64,000 bases of DNA, from the NCBI GenBank assembly GCA_043747615.1, contig JAYTOU010000077.1:64826-128825 (forward strand), read 5' to 3'. This document shows positions 11,043-20,630 of the stretch, one piece after another (positions within the stretch are counted from its first letter, which is position 1; every line of letters begins with the position of its first letter). Source of the DNA: Myxococcales bacterium (GTDB lineage: Bacteria > Myxococcota_A > Polyangia > Polyangiales > Polyangiaceae). Position numbers and translations under genes: made by a program. The notes below the pieces were generated by a model, which ran no database searches, was not told the origin of the DNA, and saw only the letters and a program-made list of their open reading frames with translations.

Positions 11043-11522
11043 GTGAAACGGCGTACCTACCCGCTGGAGCCGCTCGGCAAAGTGCGAGAGGCGCGCGTCA
11101 ACGGCGCCACGTCGGAGCTCGCTGCCGCGGTGGGAGCGCGCGAAGATGCAGAGTCGCGCAGGGTAGCGGCGGAGACCTCCCGCGCCAAAGCCAAAGACGC
11201 GGCGCTCGCAACCCGGGCCGTGGAGCGTGAAGCTCTCGAGCGCGGCGAGCTCACGGTCGCCGACTTGATGCGCGAGAACGCCTGGGAGCTTCGCGTTCGC
11301 GCGGAAGACGTTACGCACGCCGAGAAGGTTGCCCGCGCCGCCGAGAGCGAAGCCGGGGCCGTCGACGACGAGACCCGGGCGCGCGAGTCTCTCGCCGAAA
11401 AAAAAGCGGACGCGAAGGTCGTCGAGAATGATCGCCAGCGCTGGAGCGTTGACGAAACGAAGCGAGCGCTAGCAAGAGAAGAGGAGGATGCTGCCGAAGG
11501 GTGGCGAAAAAAAGACGGATGA
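11043..11522 (+). CDS. Coiled-coil protein resembling FliJ/YscO (type III export stalk)
   Basis: 159 aa, predicted all-helical; N-terminal YPLEPLGKVRE and C-terminal AKVVENDRQRW...REEEDAAE pattern. Stop overlaps the next ATG (ATGA). Confidence 0.5.
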   Translation: MKRRTYPLEPLGKVREARVNGATSELAAAVGAREDAESRRVAAETSRAKAKDAALATRAVEREALERGELTVADLMRENAWELRVRAEDVTHAEKVARAAESEAGAVDDETRARESLAEKKADAKVVENDRQRWSVDETKRALAREEEDAAEGWRKKDG

Positions 11523-13870
11523 CGCGTGCATTCTCGTTCCTCGGTCTCGCCGGTTTCGTGACGTGCTTCGCCTCGTGCAAGGGGGATGGGCGCGAGGCCA
11601 AACCACAGTCTCCGCCGCCGGTGTGCGCACCGGATGCAGGCAGTCCATCGCCCGTCGGCTTCGGCGTTCAGGGCGCGGCGAACCTCTCGGTGGTGCTCGA
11701 CGACCCGGCGCTCCCGACGGTTCGCGATCACGAGCGAACGAAAGATTTCTCGGGGGCCGCGCGCATCGTCGACGAGGCTCTGGCCGCCGGAGCAATCGAT
11801 CCCGCCCGCGCGTGCACGTGGCACTACACCTCGGGACGGTTGCATCTTGCAGCAAGTGAGCTCGATGAAGCGGTGCGTTCGTACGACGCGGTCGTCAGCC
11901 CGTGCTCCCTCGCGGGATACGCCAAGCTGCGAAGTGCGCAAGCGTTGATCCGCGCGGGAAAATTCCCAGAGGCAATTGGGCGAGCCCGTGCCGTGCCCAC
12001 CGATCTCGCCGTCGCGGATGAAACCAAGATCACGTTCGCGGAAGCGACGGCAGCCTCGGGCGATCGCGCGCAGGCCCTACCGGTTTGGCGCGCGCTTCTG
12101 GCGGCCAATCCTCACGGAGCGCGATGGGTCGACACCGCGGTGCGCCTGGCCACGGCACTCGTCGACGGTGTCGAAAGCGCGCCAGAACCGAGCGCACGTG
12201 AGGCGCTCGCGCTCGTCCTTCGCGTGATCACGGAGGCGCCGAAGTTTGCGGAGAGCTCTGGAGCGCTGCTCCTACGCACGCGAGCGCTCGCGATGCTGGG
12301 CACCACCACGGACCCGGGGCTCACCCTCGCTCTGCGCGCGCGGCAGCTCCAAGGCTGGCTCGACGCGAACGAGCCTGCGCGAGCCCTTGCCGAGGCGAAC
12401 CTGGTGATGAACGGTTGGCCGGCGGGCCGCTCGGGCGCTCTCCCATGCAAAGTCACCACCTATCGCGCGCAAGCCACGACCCGCACTCACGCTCCCGCGT
12501 CGGACGCTTGGCGCGACGCCATCGCCGCCTGCGTCGGGGAAGACGATCTCGTTTCTGCGCTCTATCAGGGTGGAAAAGCAAGCGCGGGAAAGCACCCCCA
12601 AGAGGCCATCGATCGTTTCGCCAAAGTGGAGCAGCAGTTTCCACATCACCGGTTGGCCGACGACGCACGTTTGCATTCTGCACTCATATCCAAAGATCTC
12701 GGGGACGAGGCGCGCTTCACGGCCATGCTGAACGCGCTGCCGAACGACTATCCCGAAGGAGACATGCGGACGGAGGCGCTCTTTCGTGTCGCGCTCCTCA
12801 GGATGTCGAAGGGAGATTGGGCGGGGGCGAAAGATCCGCTCGACCGCTCGCTCGCCATCGATCCGAACGATCGTCACTGGGCAACATCTGCACGGGCCGC
12901 GTACTTCCGCGCGCGCGTATCGGCGATGACGGGAGATCCCGCGGACGCGTCACGTCGCTATCTCCAGATCATCGAGGACTACCCGTTCACGTTCTACATG
13001 ACGCAGGCGTATGCGCGCGTTGCCGCTACGGACGAAGGCCTCGCCGAGCGCACCATGGACGGCGCGATGAGCCGGGAGGTGGGAGCAGGCCCTCCGTTTC
13101 TCACCCACGAGCACCCCGAATTTTCGAAGCCGGAGTTCGAGCGCGCCGTGCGGCTCCTCGAAGTGGCCGAGATCGACGCTGCGAAACGAGAGCTCACGCA
13201 GCTGGGAGTCTTCGCCGAGGGCGCGGACAACGAAGCCATCTGGGTGATCGCCGATCTCTACAATCGTGCGGGCGCTCCGGACCTCGGGCATGTCTTCACG
13301 CGCACGCGCTTGCACGATCACCTTCCGCACTATCCGGTCGGGGCGTGGCGCCTGCCCTGGGAAGTCGCCTATCCGCAAGCATTCCAGGGCTTCGTCACGA
13401 AGGAGAGCGAGTCGAACGGGATCTCGCCGGCCCTCACCTGGGCGGTCATGCGCGAAGAATCGAGCTTCATCGCGGACGTGAAGAGCCCGTCGAATGCGTT
13501 CGGTCTGATGCAGCTAATCGTGCCGACCGCCAAGCTCGTGGCTCAAGGGACGGGCCTCCCGTGGGACGCCGAGGCTCTCAAGCGTCCGGAGGTCAACGTC
13601 GCTCTTGGGGCAAAGCTCCTCGCACAGCTCCGCGGGAGCTTCTCGAATCGCTCTCTGGCGATCGCCGCGTACAACGCAGGTTCAGGCGCAGTGAACCGTT
13701 GGGTGACGGCGCGCGGTGGTGAAGACTTCGATCTCTGGGTCGAAGACATTCCGTACGAAGAGACACGCGGCTACATCAAACGCGTTCTGTCCACTGAAGC
13801 TGCGTATGCCTTCCTCTACGCGCGCCCGGCCCTGAAAGAAGTTTTGACGATCTCCGCGCGTGTCCTCTAG
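11519..13870 (+). CDS. slt: Soluble lytic murein transglycosylase (Slt-like) lipoprotein with TPR repeats
   Basis: SLT motifs AVMREESSF, GLMQLIVPTA, AYNAGSG and IPYEETRGYIKRV; lipobox FASC. Confidence 0.9.
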   Translation: MTRAFSFLGLAGFVTCFASCKGDGREAKPQSPPPVCAPDAGSPSPVGFGVQGAANLSVVLDDPALPTVRDHERTKDFSGAARIVDEALAAGAIDPARACTWHYTSGRLHLAASELDEAVRSYDAVVSPCSLAGYAKLRSAQALIRAGKFPEAIGRARAVPTDLAVADETKITFAEATAASGDRAQALPVWRALLAANPHGARWVDTAVRLATALVDGVESAPEPSAREALALVLRVITEAPKFAESSGALLLRTRALAMLGTTTDPGLTLALRARQLQGWLDANEPARALAEANLVMNGWPAGRSGALPCKVTTYRAQATTRTHAPASDAWRDAIAACVGEDDLVSALYQGGKASAGKHPQEAIDRFAKVEQQFPHHRLADDARLHSALISKDLGDEARFTAMLNALPNDYPEGDMRTEALFRVALLRMSKGDWAGAKDPLDRSLAIDPNDRHWATSARAAYFRARVSAMTGDPADASRRYLQIIEDYPFTFYMTQAYARVAATDEGLAERTMDGAMSREVGAGPPFLTHEHPEFSKPEFERAVRLLEVAEIDAAKRELTQLGVFAEGADNEAIWVIADLYNRAGAPDLGHVFTRTRLHDHLPHYPVGAWRLPWEVAYPQAFQGFVTKESESNGISPALTWAVMREESSFIADVKSPSNAFGLMQLIVPTAKLVAQGTGLPWDAEALKRPEVNVALGAKLLAQLRGSFSNRSLAIAAYNAGSGAVNRWVTARGGEDFDLWVEDIPYEETRGYIKRVLSTEAAYAFLYARPALKEVLTISARVL

Positions 13871-16800
13871 ATGAGGCTCGTCGTTCCCAGTGAGCGGCAC
13901 GTCGAGCGCCTCGCTCGCGATGGAGAGCTCGCCGAGACTCGAAGCGCGCTTCAACGCCGACTCGTCGAGGTCCTCGCCCCGCAGGTGAAGCTGGCCCCGC
14001 CCGAAGCCACGCGTCTCGCGCTCGCGGAGGCGCTCCGTACGGTGGCCTGGGAAGACGAGCTCCTTCTGCCGCTCGCAACGGCCGGCTCTCTCGCCTGGCT
14101 TCGCACGGTCGATGCGGTGGACGAAGCGATCGCCATGCTCCGCGCGTCGAATACGCCGCTATCTTCCCTGGAAAAAGCAGAGCACCTCGGTGGCGGGTTG
14201 GCTCGTCGCGCGGCGATGCTGAGGCGCGCGATGGTCGCCCTCGACGCTCTCCTCGTGCGCGCAGGGCAGGTGGACGGACGCGCTTCGGGTCAGGTGCTGG
14301 CAGAGACCATCGGGCGAACCGATCCTCGCTTGGTCGTCGAAGCCGTTGGCGCGTCGGAACTCAAGGCGCAGTTCATCGCCGTGTGGGAGCCGAGGGACTT
14401 AGGGTGGTGGCGCGCGCTCGATGGTGCGCTTCGCCGCGCAGGGGGTCGCGGTGCGATCATCGAGCTGCCGTCGTTTCGAAAAAAGCTCGATCCCGAGCGC
14501 CAACGGGATCCCCTCGACGTAGTGCTCGACGACGTTGCACGTGCGCTCGACGAAGCTCCGGAGACCTCGGAGATCCGAGCCCCGCTCGGCGATCTGCGCC
14601 TCGACACGGCGCTCGGCGCGGTACCGCTCGGCCAGGTCGAGCTGCGTCAGGCCTCCGACGCGCACGCCCAAGGGAGCGCGGTGGCTGACGCCATTTTTTC
14701 TGCTCTCTCGGCGGGCGTTCCGATCGAAGAGGTCGCGGTGGCCTTGCCGCGGGTCGACGAAGAGGTTCTCGGCGCGATTCGTCGCGCCCTCGATGACGCG
14801 GGGATTCCAGCCTATGACTCTCGCGGACCGGCACCGCTCGGATCGGGCATCGTCGCTGCGGCTCTCGACGCGCATGCACTCGGCTCGCACGGTCTCGCGC
14901 GAAAGAAGGTCGCCGCTCTTCTGCGGTCGCTCTACCTCGACGCCGAAAGAGTCACCCAGATCGAGGACCCGAGGGCGGCGCGCCGTCTGCTCTCTCGGCT
15001 GGCCACTGCGCTCGAACAAACGCCGACCGTCGTGGGGCGAGATGCAGCCGGCACGCTCGAAGCCACGGTGCGCGCGTACCGGCCTCACCGAGCGGTGGAG
15101 GCTGAGTCCTACGAGGCTCTCGCCAGCGTCGCGCGCCGCGTGGGAGAGCTGCTCTGGACAGTGGAACGAGCGCAGACGCGGACCGAGCACATTCGAGCGG
15201 CACGCGGGCTATGGGCGTCCCTCGGCTTTCCTGCGCGAGCAAGTTACGACGCGAAGACCACGCTCGGTTCCGACGACACGCCGAGGGGAATCGCGCGCGC
15301 CGAGCTCCGCGCCCTTTCGCAGGACGCGCACGCATGGGAGGTGCTCATGGCTGCGCTCGATGGCTACGAAGCCGCGGTGGCGAGCCTTCACCTCGGCGCA
15401 GCGATGACGACGAGCGAAGCGTTTCGCCACGAGCTTCTGCGAGCTCTCGAGGCGGGCGCGCCGCCACCAGGCGCAGGCCGGGTCGGCGCCGTTCGTATTG
15501 CGCGATTGCCCGAGCTCGCGAACGAAAGGCTGAAATGCTTGATCGTAGTCGACGCGAACGAAGGGATCCTTCCGTCCGCTCCAGCGAGGGCTCCGCTCCT
15601 CTCCGAAGCGCTCGCGTCGTGTTTACGTGAGATCGATCCGCTGCGCGCCCCGCCGCTACCCGTTCTTCGTACGGCGAGAGATCTCGCCTACCTCGCCCTC
15701 GCCGTTGCCGGCGCAGATCGCCTTATTTTTACGTACCGCGCGCGCGACGACGAGGGGGGCGCGATGGCCCCTGCGCCGATCGTGAACTGGCTCTCCCATC
15801 AAGGGTTACGGGTCGTGATCTGGCACGGATCGCCGATCGTCGATCGCCCCATCACCTCGCGCGAAGCGCGGCTGAAGGTTCTCTTAGAAGCGCCCGAACG
15901 TGGTCAAGAGATCGACGTCGAGTCGGCGCGCCGCGCACGCATCGAGGGATCTCGCGAGAGCTTTCACAACAATACCCGCGTCCGGGAAGAGACCGTCGTC
16001 AACGGCTTCCTCGACCCCGACGAAACGCTCGCGGCCATCCTACGTGACGAGACCGGCGGAAGGGCGGAGCAACCGCTTCCCGTGACGACCCTCGAACGAT
16101 TCGCCCACTGTGCGTTCCAAGGTCACGCTCATCACATCATGCGGGCGCGCGAGGCGGAGCGCCGCGCAGATACCCCCGATGCGCGTGAAGAGGGGACGCT
16201 GGTTCACGAGGCGCTGGCGCGAGCCTTCGGGGCCACCCGGTCGATGTGGCGACAGCGCCCGCGCGACGCAGAGGCAATTCGAGCGTCCGCGATCGAGGCT
16301 GCCGACGCTTTTTTGCAGCGAGACGTAGCGGCCTCTGGACTTCGCAAGCTCGCCCTCGATCAGGCGCGCGAGAGCGTGATCAAGGTGCTCGAGTGGAGCC
16401 TCCACGATCTGGACTGGAACTTCGAGGTCGCCGAGCAACCGTTTGGTGACGCGTCGGGCGAAGGCTGGCCTGCACTTCACCTCGACGATGGAGAGACCGC
16501 GCTCGTCTTGAAGGGGAGCATCGACCGCATCGACGTATCGGATCGATTGCCGCTCGCCATTCGCGCCATCGATTACAAGACGCGGCCACGCAAGGCGAAT
16601 GAGGCGCAGAAAGAGCTCGGCACCCTCGCGTTCCAGGTGCCCTTCTATGCGCGCATCGCGCAGGAGACTCTCGGTGCCGTACGCTCCGATGGGATCTATT
16701 TACCCATGTCGGAGCTCATTCCCGGGTACGCGCCACCCGCCGCATTCAGCGCAACGTGGCGCGAAAAAGTAGAGACGGACTCTCCCGATCCACCGCATCG

Positions 16801-16960
16801 CCCGGTGGTGGTGATGGCCGCCCTCGATCTGCTCAAGCGCTTCAGAAGCGGGACCATCGCCCCTCTTCCGCTCGAGGATCGCTTCTGCGACCATTGCGAA
16901 TTCGATGGCGGTTGCCGCCGCCCGCGCTTCATCGTCTCCGAAGACGAGCCCGAAGACTGA
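13871..16960 (+). CDS. addB: AddB-like subunit: degenerate helicase region + C-terminal PD-(D/E)xK nuclease with 4-Cys motif
   Basis: GSIDRID...AIDYKT; ERFAHC plus CDHCEFDGGC; no Walker A seen; directly upstream of a UvrD-type partner. Confidence 0.8.
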   Translation: MRLVVPSERHVERLARDGELAETRSALQRRLVEVLAPQVKLAPPEATRLALAEALRTVAWEDELLLPLATAGSLAWLRTVDAVDEAIAMLRASNTPLSSLEKAEHLGGGLARRAAMLRRAMVALDALLVRAGQVDGRASGQVLAETIGRTDPRLVVEAVGASELKAQFIAVWEPRDLGWWRALDGALRRAGGRGAIIELPSFRKKLDPERQRDPLDVVLDDVARALDEAPETSEIRAPLGDLRLDTALGAVPLGQVELRQASDAHAQGSAVADAIFSALSAGVPIEEVAVALPRVDEEVLGAIRRALDDAGIPAYDSRGPAPLGSGIVAAALDAHALGSHGLARKKVAALLRSLYLDAERVTQIEDPRAARRLLSRLATALEQTPTVVGRDAAGTLEATVRAYRPHRAVEAESYEALASVARRVGELLWTVERAQTRTEHIRAARGLWASLGFPARASYDAKTTLGSDDTPRGIARAELRALSQDAHAWEVLMAALDGYEAAVASLHLGAAMTTSEAFRHELLRALEAGAPPPGAGRVGAVRIARLPELANERLKCLIVVDANEGILPSAPARAPLLSEALASCLREIDPLRAPPLPVLRTARDLAYLALAVAGADRLIFTYRARDDEGGAMAPAPIVNWLSHQGLRVVIWHGSPIVDRPITSREARLKVLLEAPERGQEIDVESARRARIEGSRESFHNNTRVREETVVNGFLDPDETLAAILRDETGGRAEQPLPVTTLERFAHCAFQGHAHHIMRAREAERRADTPDAREEGTLVHEALARAFGATRSMWRQRPRDAEAIRASAIEAADAFLQRDVAASGLRKLALDQARESVIKVLEWSLHDLDWNFEVAEQPFGDASGEGWPALHLDDGETALVLKGSIDRIDVSDRLPLAIRAIDYKTRPRKANEAQKELGTLAFQVPFYARIAQETLGAVRSDGIYLPMSELIPGYAPPAAFSATWREKVETDSPDPPHRPVVVMAALDLLKRFRSGTIAPLPLEDRFCDHCEFDGGCRRPRFIVSEDEPED

Positions 16961-16970
16961 AGGAGAAAAT

Positions 16971-19900
16971 TTGGCTCGGCTCTTCGCGTTTCGTCGCAAC
17001 CTCGTTCTCGCCGCAAGCGCGGGCACGGGAAAGACTCACAGCTTGGTCGGCGTCATCGTTCACCTCGTGCTGGGCGCGAGTGAGATGGGGCGTGCGAATG
17101 GGGAGCTCCGGGCGCCGATCGATCCCGCGCGCATCGTGGCGACGACGTTCTCGCGGAAAGCCGCGGCCGAGATCCGCACCCGACTCGCGGTCGAGCTCGA
17201 GAAGTTGGCGACTCACGACGCGAGCGCCAAGTACCGCGCGGATCTCGTGGGGGCCTTCGAGAACAGCGGCGAATCGTGGTCCACGGCGGAGCTCGCCAAC
17301 CGCGCTCGGCATGCGCTCGAAGGTCTAGGCCGCTCCCAGATCGGCACGCTTCACAGCTTTGCCGCGACCATCGCGAAGTCGCACGCCCTCGAGCTCGGGA
17401 TCTCCCCAGGCTTCGAGCTCGTTGACGAAGAAGAAGCGCGCGTGCAGACCGAGGAGGCAACGCTGCGCGTGTTGTCGCTTCGCGCGGAGCGAGATCCGGA
17501 GAGCTTGCGCGACTTGGTGCGGGTGACGGGCGGCGTCGAGAAGTTGATGCAGGAGGTGACTCAGGCGCTCGCGCAGCTCGACGAAGACGGACGCGCGCCG
17601 GAAGACTTGACCATTGATCCCAGTGACGCGGCGGACATCGACGCCAAGTTTCTCGAGCTCGTGAGCCACGCCAAGGCTCTCGTCCGCGATGAAAAATGCG
17701 GCGCGCTCGCGTCCGCCGTCGTGCGGGCGTGGGAGAATGACGACGTGCGCGGGCTCGAGGGCGCGGTGGCTGACCTCATGTCTCTCGCCAAGCGAGGTCA
17801 TAGTGATCGAGCACAAGAATTTTTCGCGTTCCGTGATGCGCTGCCGAAGGCGAAGAACGCCGAGCGTGGAATCCAGCTCGTTCGCATGTGGCGCGCCCGT
17901 CCGCTTTTCGCCAAGACGGCGCACGCCGCGCGCGAGCTTCTCGTGGAATGCGATCGCGAAATTCGGCGTACGCGTAACCGCGCTTCGTCTCTCGGGTTCG
18001 CCGACGTCCTGCGTGCCGCGCGCGACGTGCTGCGCGACAACCCTCACATCGCCGCGGAAATGGGCTCTGAAATCGACGCCCTCCTCGTGGACGAATTCCA
18101 AGATACGTCGCGCTTGCAACGCGAGCTCGTGCAACTCCTGTGGGAGCGCGAGCCACGAAGCCGGCGGCCGGGCACCATCCCCAGTATTTCGAGTCTCCGC
18201 GAGACGGGGCTCTTCGTTGTCGGCGATCGCAAACAATCGATCTATGGATTTCGTGGCGCAGACGTGAGCGTGTTCGCCGACTTCTGCGTGGGCCTCGCCG
18301 GAGAGAAGGCGCGCGTCGCCCTCGGGATGGACGGCGCCGGCGGAAACGAGGAGATGTTCGGCGCAGCGCTCGCTGACTTCGTGCCGCTACGCGAAAATCG
18401 CCGCGGCGCCGACGAGCTTCTCGCCTTCGCCAACGAATTTAGCCGTATTTGCCTGGTTTCATCGGGCGCGCTGCCGTTCGAGGTGAACTACGTTCCTCGC
18501 ACCGAAGACCTCCTGCCGCCGCCGGAGCGAATCCGAAATCCGAACCCGCGCCCGCGTACGTTCTGGCTCCGGGTGCCCATGGCCCCAAGCGGTCGCTCCA
18601 CCCGCTTGAGTGAGGCCTTCGCCATTGCTCATCGCATTCGCAAGGTGATGGCGACTGGGACGCCCACGGTCCGCGGGAACGCTCCGTCGTTTCGAGATCT
18701 CGCTGTCCTCTCGCACACCAATGACATGCTCGACGCGACGGCCTACGCGCTTGCCCAGGCCGGCGTTCCCTACGTGGTGGCGGGAAAAGGTTTTTATTCG
18801 GCGCGCGAGGTGAAAGACGTGATGGCCATGCTCGCCCTGATCGTTCGGCGCGGCGATCGCCTGGCGCTCCTCGAAGTGCTCCGGGGGCCGTGGGGAGGCC
18901 TCAGCGATCAAGGCTTGATTGCCCTCACCGATCCCCACGCGGGATTGATCGACGTGTCTGATGAAGATGCATGGGAGCACGGCGCCCGCCGAGCGCTTCT
19001 GCCGCCGATTGATCGCGCGCGCGTTAGGGAGGTCTTCGAGGTCGTTCGGCGACTGCGACGCAACGTCGATCGCATTGCGCCGGGGACGCTCCTCCGTGAA
19101 GCGGTGCGCGCGCTCCGCATGGAGGAAGCGTGGATCCAGCTTCCGCGCGGAGTGCAGCGGGTAGCTAACGTTCGTAAGCTCCTCGCGCTCGCCGACAAAG
19201 CGAGCCACGGTGCGCTCGATCTTCTCGAGCGGTGGACGCTCGCGTCGAACCGGGCGACCAACGCGACGGAAGCGGCCACGTTTTCGGATGAGGACGATGC
19301 GGTGCGTCTCGTGACCGTGCATGCGAGCAAGGGCCTCGATTTCCCGATCGTTTTCCTGCCGGAGGTGGGGGCCGAGGGTCGTCGCCCTTCGAACCCGGCC
19401 ATTCTCTTGGAGATGGGCACGGGCGATCTTCCGAACATGATCACGCTTCGTGTTGCGGATGCACAAGGCTTCACTCACGAGACTCCGTCCCATCGCCGCG
19501 CGCGCGAGCTTCTCCGCGCGAAGGAGCGAGCAGAGCGCAGCCGACTCTCGTATGTGGCCGTGACCCGCGCGTCGGAAGCGATGTTCTTCGTGGGCGACCG
19601 CAAGAAACCCAAGGAAGAATCGGAGCCCTTCAAAGCGTCGATGGCGGGCCTCCTTACGCAGCTGATCGAGAGCGACGAGCTCCGCGCGCGAGCCCAGCTC
19701 GATCTGGAGATCGCAGACATCGCGCCTACGTTCGTTTCGGTGGCCGCGAAGGCTGCTCCGCTCCCCACGGATCTGGAGCCGAAACCACTCCGCCCTGCGT
19801 GGCGTTCGCTCCCTATTGCCACCACCACGCTCCAAGATTTTCATCATTGCGCGCGCCGATTTCAGCTTATTCACTTGCTCGACCTTCCCGAACGCGAGGT

Positions 19901-20630
19901 GAGCTCGTTTGCCGTCCAGACCGGACCGCGGGACGAAGACGGCCAAGAGACGAGTGGTATCCCAGCCCTCGACGCCCGCTCCGAAGGGACGCTCGCGCAT
20001 CGCATTCTCGAGCGCGTCCCTCCGCAGTATTTCGGCGATGCGAAGGTGGGAGAAGAGCTCGGCCGCTTGCTCGAGCTCGAAGGAATTCCGAGAGGACACG
20101 AGACGCACGTGCGCATCGTGACCAAGGTGACGCGCTTTCTTCGCGGTGCCTACGCGACGCGAATCGCTGCAGACGGAGCATCGATCGTGCGCGAGGAGCC
20201 CTTCGTCCTCCAGTTGGAAGATGCAGCGGGGAGGGCGCTCGCCGTGCGCGGAACGATCGACCTCCTGGTAACGTGGCCGGACGGGTCGGTCGACGTGATC
20301 GACTACAAACGCGCGCGCGGACCCTCCGCCGAACCCTACGGATTTCAGCTCGACGTGTACGCGCTTGCGGCTCGCGAGAAGCGCGGTGCAAAGATTCGCG
20401 CGGGCATCGTCTTCCTGGGAGGCGACGCGTCCGAGCCCCACTGGCGGTCCCTGGGCGCGGCAGGGGAAACACGCGAACGCCTGGCTGCCCTCGGACAGAA
20501 GCTCGTGGACGCTCGCTGGACGGAGAGCTTTCCCCGCGTGCCGCTCCCGAAATGCAAGAGCATCCACTGCGGCTACGTGGCGCTCTGCTACTCACGCGTC
20601 CGTCCCTCCCAGCTCGGCTTGTTTGGATGA
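16971..20630 (+). CDS. addA: AddA-like UvrD helicase-nuclease
   Basis: ASAGTGKT, LVDEFQDTS, VGDRKQSIYGFRGA, TVHASKGLDF and YVAVTRA; nuclease GTIDLL..VIDYK. TTG start with AGGAG SD. Confidence 0.88.
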   Translation: MARLFAFRRNLVLAASAGTGKTHSLVGVIVHLVLGASEMGRANGELRAPIDPARIVATTFSRKAAAEIRTRLAVELEKLATHDASAKYRADLVGAFENSGESWSTAELANRARHALEGLGRSQIGTLHSFAATIAKSHALELGISPGFELVDEEEARVQTEEATLRVLSLRAERDPESLRDLVRVTGGVEKLMQEVTQALAQLDEDGRAPEDLTIDPSDAADIDAKFLELVSHAKALVRDEKCGALASAVVRAWENDDVRGLEGAVADLMSLAKRGHSDRAQEFFAFRDALPKAKNAERGIQLVRMWRARPLFAKTAHAARELLVECDREIRRTRNRASSLGFADVLRAARDVLRDNPHIAAEMGSEIDALLVDEFQDTSRLQRELVQLLWEREPRSRRPGTIPSISSLRETGLFVVGDRKQSIYGFRGADVSVFADFCVGLAGEKARVALGMDGAGGNEEMFGAALADFVPLRENRRGADELLAFANEFSRICLVSSGALPFEVNYVPRTEDLLPPPERIRNPNPRPRTFWLRVPMAPSGRSTRLSEAFAIAHRIRKVMATGTPTVRGNAPSFRDLAVLSHTNDMLDATAYALAQAGVPYVVAGKGFYSAREVKDVMAMLALIVRRGDRLALLEVLRGPWGGLSDQGLIALTDPHAGLIDVSDEDAWEHGARRALLPPIDRARVREVFEVVRRLRRNVDRIAPGTLLREAVRALRMEEAWIQLPRGVQRVANVRKLLALADKASHGALDLLERWTLASNRATNATEAATFSDEDDAVRLVTVHASKGLDFPIVFLPEVGAEGRRPSNPAILLEMGTGDLPNMITLRVADAQGFTHETPSHRRARELLRAKERAERSRLSYVAVTRASEAMFFVGDRKKPKEESEPFKASMAGLLTQLIESDELRARAQLDLEIADIAPTFVSVAAKAAPLPTDLEPKPLRPAWRSLPIATTTLQDFHHCARRFQLIHLLDLPEREVSSFAVQTGPRDEDGQETSGIPALDARSEGTLAHRILERVPPQYFGDAKVGEELGRLLELEGIPRGHETHVRIVTKVTRFLRGAYATRIAADGASIVREEPFVLQLEDAAGRALAVRGTIDLLVTWPDGSVDVIDYKRARGPSAEPYGFQLDVYALAAREKRGAKIRAGIVFLGGDASEPHWRSLGAAGETRERLAALGQKLVDARWTESFPRVPLPKCKSIHCGYVALCYSRVRPSQLGLFG

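Noticed and set aside
13871..16960. Cas4 or defence nuclease call for the 4-Cys PD-(D/E)xK domain
   Set aside because: It is the C-terminus of a 1029-aa protein paired with a UvrD helicase-nuclease, i.e. AddAB-like.
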